NCBI GenBank assembly: GCA_963706595.1
Contig: OY970166.1
Span: 5,344,001 to 5,408,000, forward strand
Source of the DNA: an uncultured cyanobacterium
GTDB taxonomy: Bacteria > Cyanobacteriota > Cyanobacteriia > Cyanobacteriales > Nostocaceae
Length of the DNA stretch: 64,000 nt
Reading direction: 5' to 3'
In this document: in pieces, positions 32,107 to 44,037 of the stretch
How positions within the stretch are numbered: position 1 is the stretch's first letter
Layout of the letters: each line of letters starts with the position of its first letter
Position numbers and translations under genes: made by a program
Notes under the pieces: generated by a model
The model's input: the letters and a program-made list of their open reading frames with translations, nothing else
Databases searched by the model: none
What the model was told of the DNA's origin: nothing

Positions 32107-32286
32107 TCAACTTTTGCCGTTCAGCACGGGAAAGATGCGAACTTGTTTTTATACCCTGCGTCTCGATGATACTATTGAGAAATCATTTGGTCTTGTACCC
32201 TGTAGTAAGCGCAAGTTCCTTCACTGCGGCGGCTAAGGATTCGGGCTTGCCACATTACCTTCAGGTGTTGGGAAAGATTTGCCACT
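32107..32286 (-). pseudogene. 5'-truncated, decayed ArsR/SmtB-family regulator relic
   Basis: Minus strand reads VANLSQHLKVMWQARILSRRSEGTCAYYRVQDQMISQ* and later QVRIFPVLNGKS*, matching the ArsR recognition helix and wing. Confidence 0.75.
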
Positions 32287-32349
32287 TATATGCACATTTT
32301 ACTATATCTGTCAACCTTGGCAGAAATATTCAGTCAAACTTTTCGATAC

Positions 32350-32829
32350 TTAATCAGGGTTAATTCTCATCAAAGCCTGGCCATATTCCACCGGTTCGCC
32401 ATTTTGGAGGAGAATTTCCATGACTTGCCCGGATACCTCAGCCTCAATTTCATTCATCAGCTTCATAGCTTCAATGATACAGACTGTTTGACCACTGCGG
32501 ACGCGATCGCCTACTTTCACAAATGCGGCTTCCCCAGGTGCAGGAGCGCTGTAATAGGTTCCCACCATCGGCGAAGGCACTTCCACTAACCTCTTATCAA
32601 TCGTTGAGGGGGGATTTGCTGACAACTGCACACTAGAAGTAGTGACAGCAGTCTCCAAGACGCAACTTGTTCCCACCTCCATGATTTGATTTGGCGCTGG
32701 TTGAGTTTCTCGTGAACTCGATTTACGTACCGTTAGTTCAAAGTCATCGCTTTTGAGCGTTACTTCAGCAATATCTGTTTGGGCGATAGTTGCCAGTAGT
32801 TGGCGGATTTCATTAAATTCCAATGGCAC
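32350..32829 (-). CDS. accB: Biotin carboxyl carrier protein
   Basis: SPMVGTYY, EAMKLMN biotinylation motif. Confidence 0.97.
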   Translation of the reverse strand: MPLEFNEIRQLLATIAQTDIAEVTLKSDDFELTVRKSSSRETQPAPNQIMEVGTSCVLETAVTTSSVQLSANPPSTIDKRLVEVPSPMVGTYYSAPAPGEAAFVKVGDRVRSGQTVCIIEAMKLMNEIEAEVSGQVMEILLQNGEPVEYGQALMRINPD

Positions 32830-32937
32830 AGTTTTTATTACCTCGACCTAACCGTAAATCAAAATTTTAAGTTTGGCAGGGATTTAATCCCTAATATAGG
32901 GATTTCAATCAGAATTGGTTCTGGAAACAGAGCCAGC

Positions 32938-33495
32938 TTATTCCCTGCCGAGATATTTGTCTTCACGAGTATCAATTTTGATACGTTCGCCTTGAGCAAC
33001 AAACAACGGCACCATGACAGTTGCTCCTGTTTCCAGAATAGCTGGTTTAGTTCCACCTGTAGCCGTATCACCTTTGATACCTGGATCTGTTTGGACAATT
33101 TCCAAAACCACAGAGTTGGGTAGTTCCACTTCTAGCACTTGCTCACCCCAACGAATCACATTAACTTCCATACCTTCCTTGAGGTATTTTACGCGATCGC
33201 CAATTTGCGCCACGGTTAATCTGCCTTCTTCGTAGGTTTCCATATCCATAAAGACAAGCTCTTCACCCTCTTTATAGGTATGCTGCATCGTACTTTTTTC
33301 CAGATTCGCTTGAGGTACTGTTTCCCCAGCGCGGAAGGTTTTTTCCACAACGCTGCCACTTTGGACGCTTTTGAGTTTTGTCCGCACAAAGGCAGAGCCT
33401 TTGCCTGGCTTAACGTGGAGGAATTCAACCACTCGCCATACATTCCCGTCTAATACAATGGACACACCGGGTCGAAAATCGTTACTAGATATCAT
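32938..33495 (-). CDS. efp: Elongation factor P
   Basis: [28 protein letters not shown] at 33495. Confidence 0.97.
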   Translation of the reverse strand: MISSNDFRPGVSIVLDGNVWRVVEFLHVKPGKGSAFVRTKLKSVQSGSVVEKTFRAGETVPQANLEKSTMQHTYKEGEELVFMDMETYEEGRLTVAQIGDRVKYLKEGMEVNVIRWGEQVLEVELPNSVVLEIVQTDPGIKGDTATGGTKPAILETGATVMVPLFVAQGERIKIDTREDKYLGRE

Positions 33496-33748
33496 GAAGC
33501 TTTCAAATTTGGGAAGAGAATCGGCATTTATTGTACCCTTCAAGGGTCTTAATTAGTCATTAATCATCAATTAATTAGTCAAGTGATGGGAAACTGGGGA
33601 CTAAAGACTGGGGACGGGGAGAGAATTTGAGCTTTTTTTCTCATCCCTCATCCTGAATTCCCCCATGACTCAGCACTCGTACTGTGGGAAGATGATTGAT
33701 GGGTTACGCCTAGTCAACAATTTCATGTTGCATTTGACTTATTCCATC

Positions 33749-34852
33749 ATGTTTAACATATTAAAATCCTGGCTGAAGAACAGCCTAACGGCAATATTGT
33801 TAGTAACAATATTTTTAGGCATAAGTACAGTTAACTGGACTCCTCCTAGTAACGCCGCCCTACCAGCCGGAAATGCAATTACTGAAGGCAAGGCTTTATT
33901 ACGGTATGCACTCCCCATAGACAATAAACCAGTCCGGCGATTGCAAGGCAGTTTAGAAGACATCGCTACTCAACTGCGGGCAAATCGACGGTGGGGTGCG
34001 ATGTCTAGCGACCTCAAAACAGCCTCACGCATTCTCGATCAACCTAACCAAATCCTAGCAAGCGTTCCCGCCGAACGCCAACCCCAAGCCGAAGCTTGGA
34101 TTGCTGAGTTGAAATCTGGTGTAGATTCACTCCAAGAAGCGGTAAAAGTTAAAGACAAAGAACAAATTCTCGAAGGTAGAAACAAACTCCTGGATATTGT
34201 CACCCTTCTAGAAGAGTCAATGGTGACAGAATTTCCCTTTGAAGTCCCTTCTGAGTACAATAACCTCCCTCAACTCAAAGGTCGGGCGACAGTGGCAATG
34301 AAAACCAGCAAAGGCGACCTGACTATGGTGCTAGATGGTTATAGCGCCCCTGTCACAGCCGGCAACTTTGTCGATTTAGTTCAGCGAGGTTTTTATGACG
34401 GCTTACAATTTACCCGTTCTGAAGAATCTTACGTCCTCCAAACCGGAGATCCACAGGGAAAAGAAGTCGGTTTCATCGATCCCAAAACTGGCAAATACCG
34501 TGCTGTTCCTTTAGAAGTCTTGGTTGAAGGCGACGACGAACCCACCTATGGTATTACTCTCGAAGAAGCTGGGCGTTATCTTGATATGCCAGTTTTGCCT
34601 TTTTCTTCCTTTGGTGCATTGGCGATGGCTCGTCCTGAAACGGAAGCAAATGGCGGTTCTTCGCAATTTTTCTTCTTTTTGTTTGAGCCAGAACTGACTC
34701 CGGCGGGACGAAACCTGTTAGATGGTCGCTATGCGGTTTTTGGCTATCTCACCGAAGGTAAGGAAATTTTGGATAAGCTCAAGGAAGGTGACAAGATTGA
34801 GTCAGCAACCGTGGTTCAAGGACTCGAAAATTTAGTTCAGCCGCAAGCTTAG
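33749..34852 (+). CDS. Thylakoid cyclophilin-type PPIase (CYP38/TLP40-like)
   Basis: ALLRYALP, APVTAGNFVDLV, QTGDP, SSQFF, LDGRYAVFG. Confidence 0.9.
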   Translation: MFNILKSWLKNSLTAILLVTIFLGISTVNWTPPSNAALPAGNAITEGKALLRYALPIDNKPVRRLQGSLEDIATQLRANRRWGAMSSDLKTASRILDQPNQILASVPAERQPQAEAWIAELKSGVDSLQEAVKVKDKEQILEGRNKLLDIVTLLEESMVTEFPFEVPSEYNNLPQLKGRATVAMKTSKGDLTMVLDGYSAPVTAGNFVDLVQRGFYDGLQFTRSEESYVLQTGDPQGKEVGFIDPKTGKYRAVPLEVLVEGDDEPTYGITLEEAGRYLDMPVLPFSSFGALAMARPETEANGGSSQFFFFLFEPELTPAGRNLLDGRYAVFGYLTEGKEILDKLKEGDKIESATVVQGLENLVQPQA

Positions 34853-35006
34853 AAGATGAATGAGACGCGATGAGATAAGACGCGATAAATCGCGTCTCTA
34901 CAAGAAAATGTAAATATAAGAGTTTGAGGAGGGGTTGTTTAGGACTACTCCTCTTTTTTTTAATTGCAGTCTAATCCAAAATCTAAAATCTAAAATCTAA
35001 AATTGA

Positions 35007-36019
35007 ATGACTAAAGTTAAAGATATTGGCGAACAAGGTGTTTTAAAAAAATTGCAGCGTTTCTGTCCCCCAGGAATGATTGGCGATGATGCAGCAGTAC
35101 TTTTAACTGCACCAGATAAATCTTTAGTAGTGACAACAGATGTCCTCGTTGATGGCGTGCATTTTAGCAATGTCACTACATCGCCAGAAGATGCTGGTTG
35201 GCGGGCTGTGGCTGCTAATTTATCAGATTTGGCCGCAATGGGGGCTGATCCTCTAGGAATTACCGTCGGTTTGGGATTACCTGGGGAAGTGCTGGTGAGT
35301 TGGGTGGAAAGATTATACGAGGGCATGACAGAATGCCTCCAGAAATACAATAGCGTAATTGTGGGCGGTGATATTGTGCGATCGCCTGTAACTACTATCT
35401 CCATCACCGCCTTTGGACAAGTTCCTCCCCAGAGGATTATCCGACGTGATGCCGCTCAAGTGGGTGATGCGATCGCCGTCACAGGAGTTCACGGAGCATC
35501 CCACGCAGGCTTACAATTGCTTTTGCATCCCGAATTAAAGCAAAACCTCTCCGCTACCGAACAAAGGAAACTGATCACAGCCCACCAACGACCACAACCC
35601 AGATTAGATGTTTTACCCATACTCTGGGAAATTCTTTCATCCTACCCCCCATCTACCCATATCCCTATCGCTGGCATGGACAGCAGCGACGGCTTGGCAG
35701 ATGCGATTTTGCAAATTTGCCGTGCTAGTAGTGTTGGCGCTGTCCTAGAAGCCAGGCAAATCCCATTAGACGCAACTTTTCACCACTGGCTAACACCAGA
35801 AAAAGCTCTGGAATATGCCCTTTACGGCGGAGAAGACTTTGAATTAGTCCTGTGCTTACCAGCGTTCTTGCCCAGACTTTAGTCACAAAACTCGGTGACA
35901 GCGCCGCTATAGTGGGAACAATTACCACAGGTTCCCAAGTAATACTGCAAGACCAACATAAAAAAAGCCCCGACCAAGTTTTAACTCTCAGCAGGGGATT
36001 CCAACATTTCACGCAATAG
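35007..36019 (+). CDS. thiL: Thiamine-monophosphate kinase; one-base deletion near 35860
   Basis: IGDDAA, ANLSDLAAMG, MDSSDGL, GGEDFEL; the C-terminus continues in another frame to RGFQHFTQ*. Confidence 0.92.
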
Positions 36020-36063
36020 CCCAAGTCACTAATGACTAATGACTAATGACTAATGACTAATAA

Positions 36064-37077
36064 CTAAGCCCACTTTGTAGCTACTAGTTCTGCCAAATCT
36101 AGAACTCGTTGGCTGTAACCCCACTCATTGTCATACCACGCCATAACTTTCACCATGTCATTCCCCATGACTATGGTCAAGCTGGAATCGATAATGGAAG
36201 AAGCATCAGAACCTTGATAATCGGAAGATACCAATTGTAATTCGCTGTAGTCCAAAATGCCTTTGAGTGAACCTTCTGAGGCTTCTTTGAGCGCTTGATT
36301 AACTTCTTCAGTAATAGTACGCTTCTCAACTTGAACTACGAAATCTACCATTGAGACGTTTGGGGTAGGTACGCGTAAAGCCACACCATTCAGCTTACCT
36401 TTGAGGTCTGGGATGACCAGCGCTACTGCTTTAGCCGCACCAGTGGAGGTGGGGACAATGTTAATAGCTGCTGCTCTCGCCCGTCGCAAATCCCGGTGAG
36501 AAGCGTCTAGCAAGCGCTGGTCCCCAGTGTAGCTGTGAGTGGTGGTCATCGTGCCTTTGATGATCCCAAATTTATCGTTCAACACTTTCGCTATAGGAGC
36601 CAAGCAGTTGGTAGTACAGCTGGCGTTACTAATGACGTGGTGCTGGTTGTGGTCATAGTCGTGATGATTCACGCCCATCACAAAAGTACCATCTTCGTTT
36701 TTACCAGGAGCGGTGATCAGAACTTTTTTGGCTCCAGCATTTATATGCTTCTGTGCGCCATCCCGACTGGTAAATACACCTGTTGCTTCGATAATCAGGT
36801 CAATTTCCCACTCTTTCCAGGGCAAGTTTTCCGGGTTGCGATCCGATACGCATTTGATGGTCTTACCGTTAACGATGATCGAATTATCATCGGCGGTAAT
36901 GTCAGCATTCCTTAACTTCCCAAGCATGGAGTCATACTTTAGGAGGTGTGCATTGGTTCTAGGGTCTGATGTGTCGTTAATAGCGATCAAGTCAATGTTG
37001 CTATTTTCTCTGCCTACCCAGCAGCGTGCAAAGTTACGTCCAATACGCCCAAAACCGTTGATTGCGACTCTAATCAC
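36064..37077 (-). CDS. gap2: NAD(P)-dependent glyceraldehyde-3-phosphate dehydrogenase (Calvin cycle)
   Basis: [30 protein letters not shown]. Confidence 0.95.
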   Translation of the reverse strand: MIRVAINGFGRIGRNFARCWVGRENSNIDLIAINDTSDPRTNAHLLKYDSMLGKLRNADITADDNSIIVNGKTIKCVSDRNPENLPWKEWEIDLIIEATGVFTSRDGAQKHINAGAKKVLITAPGKNEDGTFVMGVNHHDYDHNQHHVISNASCTTNCLAPIAKVLNDKFGIIKGTMTTTHSYTGDQRLLDASHRDLRRARAAAINIVPTSTGAAKAVALVIPDLKGKLNGVALRVPTPNVSMVDFVVQVEKRTITEEVNQALKEASEGSLKGILDYSELQLVSSDYQGSDASSIIDSSLTIVMGNDMVKVMAWYDNEWGYSQRVLDLAELVATKWA

Positions 37078-37194
37078 AGTGTCTTACCCTCTGTATTTAT
37101 GCCTATAAATTGATATCTTTGAACCCAATCATATCGCAAAGGGGGGGGGTATTAATAACCATAAAGTGTTTGATCAATAAAAAAAACACAGATT

Positions 37195-37821
37195 TTATTC
37201 AGATTTATCTGAGTAAAGGCTGTGAGTCGTGATGTACGATCTGACCGATTCTGGGACTAAATAGCGAATTGACTGGCGATCGCGGCAAAATTTACGAATT
37301 AGACTTGACGAAATTCCTACTAAAGGTATATTCAATAATTGCCAGTCAATAGTCAGCAACTGCTCTCTGAATTGTTGCTCCACTTGCTTGCAGATTAGCT
37401 GACTTTGAGCTATAGTCTCACCACCTAGCAGTCGGGGTGCGATTAACCAATCACACATTTGTGCTAGTTCGTGTCCACGGTACCAATGGGGTAAGGTTTT
37501 AAATGTATCCAAACCCACAATCCAGTACCAGTGAGTATTTGCGTAACAACTAGATAAGTCCATCAAGGTATTGATGGCATAAGAAGTTCCGGAGCGTTTT
37601 GCCTCTATTAGGGAGACAGTAAATGCTGGGTTTTCGCTTGTTGCTAATTTCAGCATTTGCCCACGATGTTCAAACATAACTGCTTTTTTATGAGGAGGGT
37701 TTAGTGATGGCACCCAAATTACCTTTTCCAGGGATACTTGAGACAAAGCTGTTTGGGCTACGAGTAAGTGTCCCCAATGAATTGGATCGAATGTGCCACC
37801 AAAGATTCCTATATGCTGCAT
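37195..37821 (-). CDS. nadD: Nicotinate-nucleotide adenylyltransferase
   Basis: FGGTFDPIHWGH, ISSSLIR. Confidence 0.94.
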   Translation of the reverse strand: MQHIGIFGGTFDPIHWGHLLVAQTALSQVSLEKVIWVPSLNPPHKKAVMFEHRGQMLKLATSENPAFTVSLIEAKRSGTSYAINTLMDLSSCYANTHWYWIVGLDTFKTLPHWYRGHELAQMCDWLIAPRLLGGETIAQSQLICKQVEQQFREQLLTIDWQLLNIPLVGISSSLIRKFCRDRQSIRYLVPESVRSYITTHSLYSDKSE

Positions 37822-38233
37822 TCAGTCATGCCTAAACTTGATTCAATTCCCCAAAATTTTAATACAAATATACTACTAAGCTCAATTCGCGGCCTAGAGA
37901 CGTTGCATTCAACGTCTCTACATTTTAAAGGCAGTTTCATTACCTATGAATGACTGTAGCCAAAACGAGTCAGGAATTTAGAAAGATGTATTTGAAACTA
38001 CAAGATTTTCTGTCCCGATGCGGCCTAAACTTGCAGAATAATCTTGATGACAGTTCAGAAATAGTAAAAACCTCCAACAAAGGTAAAATCATTCTCAATC
38101 AGCAAAACAATAGAGGAAAACAATCCGAACATCAGGTATAAACAAGATGCAAGCGCAGTTACGGTAAAAATCAAATTCCTGTTATGATACGCGTGTCATT
38201 TGTGATTATGGTGTGGTGTAAGAGGGCTAATCA

Positions 38234-39722
38234 ATGAGTAATTATGTAGATTTTAGTGGCAGACCATTTCATTTCATTGGCATCGGTGGCATAGGGATGT
38301 CTGCCCTAGCTTATGTTCTGGCAAAGCGTCAAATACCAGTATCAGGTTCTGATCTTCGTTCAAGTCATATTACGCAGCAAGTTGGAATCCATCGGAACCA
38401 ATATTTTTGGTAGGCAAGAGGCAAGTAATCTCGAATTCTTTGGCTCCAGTGAATCACATAATAGAGTATTATTAACTTCACCAGAAATATTGGCTACTGC
38501 TAGCAACTCAACACTACCTCAAGTTGTTTGTTCCACAGCAATTAATGCCAATAATTTGGAATACAAAGCAGCACTGGAATTAGGATGTCCAATTTTACAT
38601 CGTTCAGATGTACTAGCTGCCTTGATTTCAGATTACTATAGCATCGCAGTTGCCGGAACCCACGGTAAAACTACGACCAGTAGCATGATTGGCTATATGC
38701 TCTTAGAAGCTGGTCTAGACCCGACAATTATTGTCGGTGGTGAAGTTGATGCTTGGGAAGGAAATGCTCGATTAGGGCAAAGCCAGTATTTGGTAGCTGA
38801 GGCGGATGAATCTGATGGTTCCCTGGTGAAACACGCCCCGGAAATCGGCATTATTACTAATATTGAACTTGATCATCCTGATCACTACGACACATTAGAA
38901 GAAGTAGTTAACATCTTCCAAAAATTTGCCGATGGTTGTAAGACTCTGATATGTTGTCTTGATTGTGATACGGTGCGCGAGTTGCTACACAAAGCCGGAG
39001 GCGATCGCTTCAAACCGACAATTACCTACAGCCTCAACCCAGAAACCAACGCCGATTATACCGCGACTAATATTGACTATCGCGCTGATGGGACTACAGC
39101 CCTAGTTTGGGAAAAAGGCAAAGCCTTGGGAGTATTGAAATTACGGTTGCTGAGTCGGCATAATCTGAGTAATGCTCTGTCAGCCGTAGCTGTGGGTCGC
39201 GCCTTGGGTTTAGAATTTGGCGCGATCGCCAAGGGTATTGCCACCTTTGAAGGAGCTAGACGACGCTTTGAGTTGCGAGGAGAAGTTAGTGGTATTACCT
39301 TCATTGATGACTATGCCCACCACCCCAGTGAAATTCGCGCTACTTTAGCTTCTGCACGCCTCCAAGCCAGACCAGAGCAAAGAGTGGTAGCCATTTTCCA
39401 ACCCCATCGCTATAGTCGCACATTGACATTTTTGACAGAATTTGCCGAGTCATTTACTCATGCTGATGTAGTGGTGCTGACAGATATTTACAGTGCCGGT
39501 GAACCCAATTTAGGGCTAATAAGCGGCGAACAACTGGCAGCAGAAATAGGCAAATTTCACCCAAAAGTACTTTATCAACCAAATCTGCTGTTAATGAGTG
39601 AGTTCTTGGTGCAAACGCTGCATCCTGGAGATTTAGCGCTATTTCTGGGGGCTGGGAATTTAAATCAGGTGATTCCTGAAGTCATAAGTACCCTTTGTGA
39701 ACCTGCTATAGCCACATCTTAG
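38234..39722 (+). CDS. murC: UDP-N-acetylmuramate--L-alanine ligase; +1 frameshift near 38375
   Basis: True N-terminus [26 protein letters not shown] starts at 38234; [21 protein letters not shown]. Confidence 0.94.
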
Positions 39723-39832
39723 ATGCGGAAAAAAGTGCAGTTTCCCTGTACCTAGCAAGGATTCTATCGATTGATACTGTTGCTGTACTTTTACGGCAGT
39801 TAAATGTAAAAATTTCACAAATTTACGTAAAG

Positions 39833-40855
39833 ATGAAAATCTCCCAGGCAGCTGGAAATGTCTGCACAATTTTTGCTTCAACTACACAGAAGCAGGAAAC
39901 AGAAGATTCAAGTGATAGTAAAATAATTTACTTAAAGGGTACTGGTTGTGCGATTAAGTCACAAGCTTCCTTATCTGCATTTACTTCTTATCGAGTTGGG
40001 GGAGCTGCGGAATGGTACGTTGCTCCTAGTAATTTAGAAGCACTGCAAGCCAGTGTTGAGTACGCAAAAGAACATGACTTGACAGTAACAACACTAGGTG
40101 CTGGTTCTAACCTATTAGTAAGCGATCGCGGATTACCAGGCTTAGTCATTTCTACTCGTCATTTGCGCCATAGTTACTTTGATCCCCACACAGGTCAATT
40201 AACCGTAGCAGCCGGAGAATCAATTCCCAATCTGGCATGGCAAGCCGCAAAATTAGGTTGGCAAGGATTAGAGTGGGCTGTTGGTATCCCTGGCACTGTT
40301 GGGGGTGCTGTAGTCATGAATGCTGGGGCGCATAATAGCTGTATCGCAGATATGTTAGTTAGCGCCCAGGTACTTTCTCCCGACGGGACATTAGAAACTC
40401 TCACCCCAGCCCAGATAGGTTACAGCTATCGCTCTTCTTCATTGCAAAGTAGCGAATCTTCCACAGATAGGCGTTGCCAACGCATTGTTACCCAAGCCAC
40501 CTTTCAACTCCAACCGGGTACAGATCCAGCATTAGTTTTGGCAGTAACCAAGGAACACAAAAAACATCGATTAAGTACCCAGCCTTACAATTTCCCTAGT
40601 TGTGGCAGTGTGTTCCGCAATCCTACACCCTATTCTGCTGGGTGGTTAATTGAACAAACGGGTTTAAAAGGCTACCAAATTGGCGGAGCGCAAGTAGCAT
40701 TACTACACGCTAATTTTATCGTCAATCGTGGTGGGGCGAAAGCCAGCGATATTTTCGCTCTGATTCGTCATATCCAGCAGCAAGTCAAAGAACATTGGTC
40801 GATTTGCTTACAGCCAGAAGTAAAAATGATTGGTGAGTTTCTGGCCGCTGGTTAA
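39833..40855 (+). CDS. murB: UDP-N-acetylenolpyruvoylglucosamine reductase
   Basis: [36 protein letters not shown]. Confidence 0.95.
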   Translation: MKISQAAGNVCTIFASTTQKQETEDSSDSKIIYLKGTGCAIKSQASLSAFTSYRVGGAAEWYVAPSNLEALQASVEYAKEHDLTVTTLGAGSNLLVSDRGLPGLVISTRHLRHSYFDPHTGQLTVAAGESIPNLAWQAAKLGWQGLEWAVGIPGTVGGAVVMNAGAHNSCIADMLVSAQVLSPDGTLETLTPAQIGYSYRSSSLQSSESSTDRRCQRIVTQATFQLQPGTDPALVLAVTKEHKKHRLSTQPYNFPSCGSVFRNPTPYSAGWLIEQTGLKGYQIGGAQVALLHANFIVNRGGAKASDIFALIRHIQQQVKEHWSICLQPEVKMIGEFLAAG

Positions 40856-41130
40856 GGTTGGGGAGTGGAAGAGGCAGGGGAGCAGGGAGCAGGGAGCAAG
40901 GGGGAGTTAGAAATAGAAATTACTTTAAACTTCCTTACTTAACAACCTTCCCTCTTCTCCCCCTGCCCCCTGCCCCCGTTCCTCTTCTCCCCTGCACCCT
41001 GCCCCCTGCCCCTCTGCCTCTTGACTCCCCACTTCCCAGCATTAATTATTGGTAATAAAACAGGCAAATTGCCCACCGCATCTATAATTGAATGTGATTT
41101 GTTATTCAACGCACGCGCGAACCATCAGTT

Positions 41131-41479
41131 ATGACAGGAAAAGGACAGGGATTCGGTTTTGGTTTGGGAAAAATGAGAGAACTCGCGGAACGCTTTCAAA
41201 AAAGCGCAGCAAGTTCAAGAAGGCGCTAAACTGCTTCAAGAAGAATTGGAGCAAATGGAAATCCAGGGAGAGTCTGGCGGTGGACTGGTTAAGGTAATTG
41301 TCAGTGGGAACCAAGAACCTAAGCGGGTGGAAATTGCCCCAGAAGCTCTAGCACAAGGTGCAGAATTACTTTCTGACCTCGTGACAGCGGCAATGAAAGA
41401 TGCCTACAACAAGTCCACTGCAACAATGCGGGAACGTATGGAAGACTTAACCAGTGGTCTGGAACTACCTGGATTTTAG
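41131..41479 (+). CDS. ybaB: YbaB/EbfC nucleoid-associated protein; +1 frameshift near 41190
   Basis: [19 protein letters not shown] in one frame, then [13 protein letters not shown]...[10 protein letters not shown] in the shifted frame. Confidence 0.9.
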
Positions 41480-41883
41480 TTATTAGTCATTAGTCATTAG
41501 TCATTAGTCATTAGTCCCCTTTTATGACTCTGATGAAAGAAAAAAAATGTAGGTTGGGTTGAACAAAGTGAAACCCAACGAAACCAAGGATTGTTGGCGT
41601 TGGGTTTCATTCCTCTACCCCTACTACGTCTAAATTCATCAAATTCCTGAAAAATCAGGGTTTATGATTTTTACATGACCGAAGCGATTTTAGATTTTAA
41701 ATTTTGGATTAAATGAAAATCTGAAATCTAAAAAATTTGGTCTCAAGCCTTTGTGTTCACTCAGAAGAAAAACAAAAATCTTTCCATGTTTAAGCCTCTT
41801 CTTTATAAGGAGAGGTTAATCCAAAATCCAAAATCCAAAATCCAAAATTGAGTGACCTTTGATCGATACTAAGTAAAATATTT

Positions 41884-42393
41884 ATGCCTTACAAGTTGCT
41901 TTTTGTCTGTCTGGGGAACATCTGTCGTTCGCCATCGGCAGAAAACATTATGAATCATCTCATCGACCAGTCCAGCTTGAGCGATGGCTGCGCCGACACC
42001 AAAGGTGTACGCATCCTCTGTGATTCTGCTGGTACATCTAGTTATCACATAGGTAGCCCACCCGACCGCCGTATGAGTGCTGCTGCGACTGCAAAGTTGG
42101 GAATTAAACTGCTAGGTAAGGCTCGGCAATTTCAGAAATTAGACTTTCAGGACTTTGATATGATCCTGGCAATGGATCAAGAAAATTATGATAATATAGT
42201 CGCTCTTGATTCAACTGGGCAGTATCACCACAAAGTTTACCTGATGTGTGGTTTTTGCTCGCGCCACACCCTGAAGGAAGTTCCAGACCCTTACTACGGT
42301 GGAGTAGAGGGTTTTAATCAGGTCATAGATTTACTTGTGGATGCTTGTGAAGGTCTACTCCAACACGTCAATAGCCAGCAACTCAAAGCGTAA
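41884..42393 (+). CDS. Low-molecular-weight protein-tyrosine phosphatase
   Basis: CLGNICRS, DSAGT, DPYYG. Confidence 0.95.
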   Translation: MPYKLLFVCLGNICRSPSAENIMNHLIDQSSLSDGCADTKGVRILCDSAGTSSYHIGSPPDRRMSAAATAKLGIKLLGKARQFQKLDFQDFDMILAMDQENYDNIVALDSTGQYHHKVYLMCGFCSRHTLKEVPDPYYGGVEGFNQVIDLLVDACEGLLQHVNSQQLKA

Positions 42394-42396
42394 ACG

Positions 42397-43086
42397 CTAT
42401 TCCACCAGTCCATGCTTCATGGCAAAACGCACCAGTTCGGCTCGGTTACTGGTGGCAGTTTTTCTTAATAAACTGCTCACATACTTTTCTACTGTTCTCG
42501 GACTCAAGTGCAGTTGATGTCCCATATCAGCATTAGAAAAACCATGAGTCAACAGTTCTAGGACTTCTTGTTCTCTAGATGTCAAGGATGCTAACAGATG
42601 GGGTGGCTGAATATGAGTCGATAGAGAATTGGGGATTTCCACCTCTTTTGAGTGTACGAAACTGCCCAAATTCTCTTTATGAGAAAAGCGGGACTCAGAT
42701 TGAATAATTTGCGATCGCTCCAGAAGATTACGAATTGCTGCGGCTAACTCCTCTAGTTCAAAAGGCTTAGGTAAGTACAAATCGCACCCCGACTGGTAGC
42801 CCAGTATTCTTTCTTGGGTCTTTGTGCGTGCTGTTAATAAAATTACAGGTAATAACCGGAATGCCGGTTGCTGGCGGACTCGACGTACCAGTTCGTAGCC
42901 GTTCATTCGTGGCATAATGATATCAGTCACGATCAAATCAGGATGGTAATTATCCACCATTACCAAAGCTTCTTGACCGTCATTCGCTGTCACCACAGAG
43001 TAGCCAGACAGTTCCAGATAATCACCAATAGACAGACGAGTTCCCAGGTCATCATCCACAACAAGAATAGTCAAGGGCATGGACAA
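42397..43086 (-). CDS. NarL/LuxR-family response regulator (Ycf29-like)
   Basis: REC domain (DDD, DIIMP, KP) plus LTSREQEVL...TVEKYVS helix-turn-helix. Confidence 0.92.
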   Translation of the reverse strand: MSMPLTILVVDDDLGTRLSIGDYLELSGYSVVTANDGQEALVMVDNYHPDLIVTDIIMPRMNGYELVRRVRQQPAFRLLPVILLTARTKTQERILGYQSGCDLYLPKPFELEELAAAIRNLLERSQIIQSESRFSHKENLGSFVHSKEVEIPNSLSTHIQPPHLLASLTSREQEVLELLTHGFSNADMGHQLHLSPRTVEKYVSSLLRKTATSNRAELVRFAMKHGLVE

Positions 43087-43568
43087 TACACCCCTAGCAT
43101 TTTTTTACTCAGAAATTTACTTATACCAGCTACAACAGTAAACACAGGCAGAAATAGTGTCCTTATGTTTCATACTATGACAGGATTACCAGCTAATGAC
43201 TGCCTGAAGGTTGATTTATGAATAAAATCTTAAATCATGAAAAAATATTTACAAATTGTAACACGATTTGATGTTTAATGTGAAAAAACTACACGTAGCT
43301 TTTTAATTCTTAACACTTAACCCATGATAGACAAAAAATACTAACTGTAGTGTAAATTAATATTTAATTTGCCATAATCTTTATACAACTTTCGCCCTTG
43401 ATTTCTGCAAGCCGCACACTCGTGACTTCTCGTCATGGGAGGTTCAAAAAAGTTAGATTAAAAGAATATAGGAGAACACTGTGATTACAAGGTCTAATGT
43501 CTTCCCAGTAATTCCCAAAGTAGTCCCAATATTTTTGCAGCACATTTAAAGCACACAAAATTTTTTCA

Positions 43569-44033
43569 ATGAGCGAAAAGAGCCAAAGTTACAAAGTCAT
43601 TAGTGACAACCGTCAAGCCCGTTATTTGTATGAAATCCTAGAAACCTTTGAAGCTGGAGTTGAATTGGTAGGAACAGAAGTTAAATCAATTCGCGCCGGG
43701 AGAGTTAATCTTCAAGATGGTTATGCTTTGATTCGTGATGGCGAAGCATGGCTGATTAACGTCCATATCTCTCCTTATAACGCCAGTAGTCAATATTTTA
43801 ATCATGAAGCACGTCGCACGCGCAAACTGTTGCTACATAGCCAAGAAATTCGGAAGTTAATTGGTAAGGTGGAACAGGAGGGTTTAACACTCGTACCTTT
43901 AAAAATGTACCTCAAACGAGGGTGGGTAAAAGTGAGTATAGCCCTTGGGAAAGGTAAAAAGCTCCATGATAAACGCGAATCCCTCAAACGAAGACAAGAT
44001 CAACGTGATATGCAACGGGCGATGAAAACTTAA
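43569..44033 (+). CDS. smpB: SsrA-binding protein
   Basis: EAGVELVGTEVKSIR, RKLLLH, GKKLHDKR. Confidence 0.97.
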   Translation: MSEKSQSYKVISDNRQARYLYEILETFEAGVELVGTEVKSIRAGRVNLQDGYALIRDGEAWLINVHISPYNASSQYFNHEARRTRKLLLHSQEIRKLIGKVEQEGLTLVPLKMYLKRGWVKVSIALGKGKKLHDKRESLKRRQDQRDMQRAMKT

Positions 44034-44037
44034 TGAA

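Noticed and set aside
32110..32300. Possible 6S RNA or other structured ncRNA (about 185 nt with some self-complementarity)
   Set aside because: The minus strand translates into a recognisable ArsR fragment, which explains the sequence better
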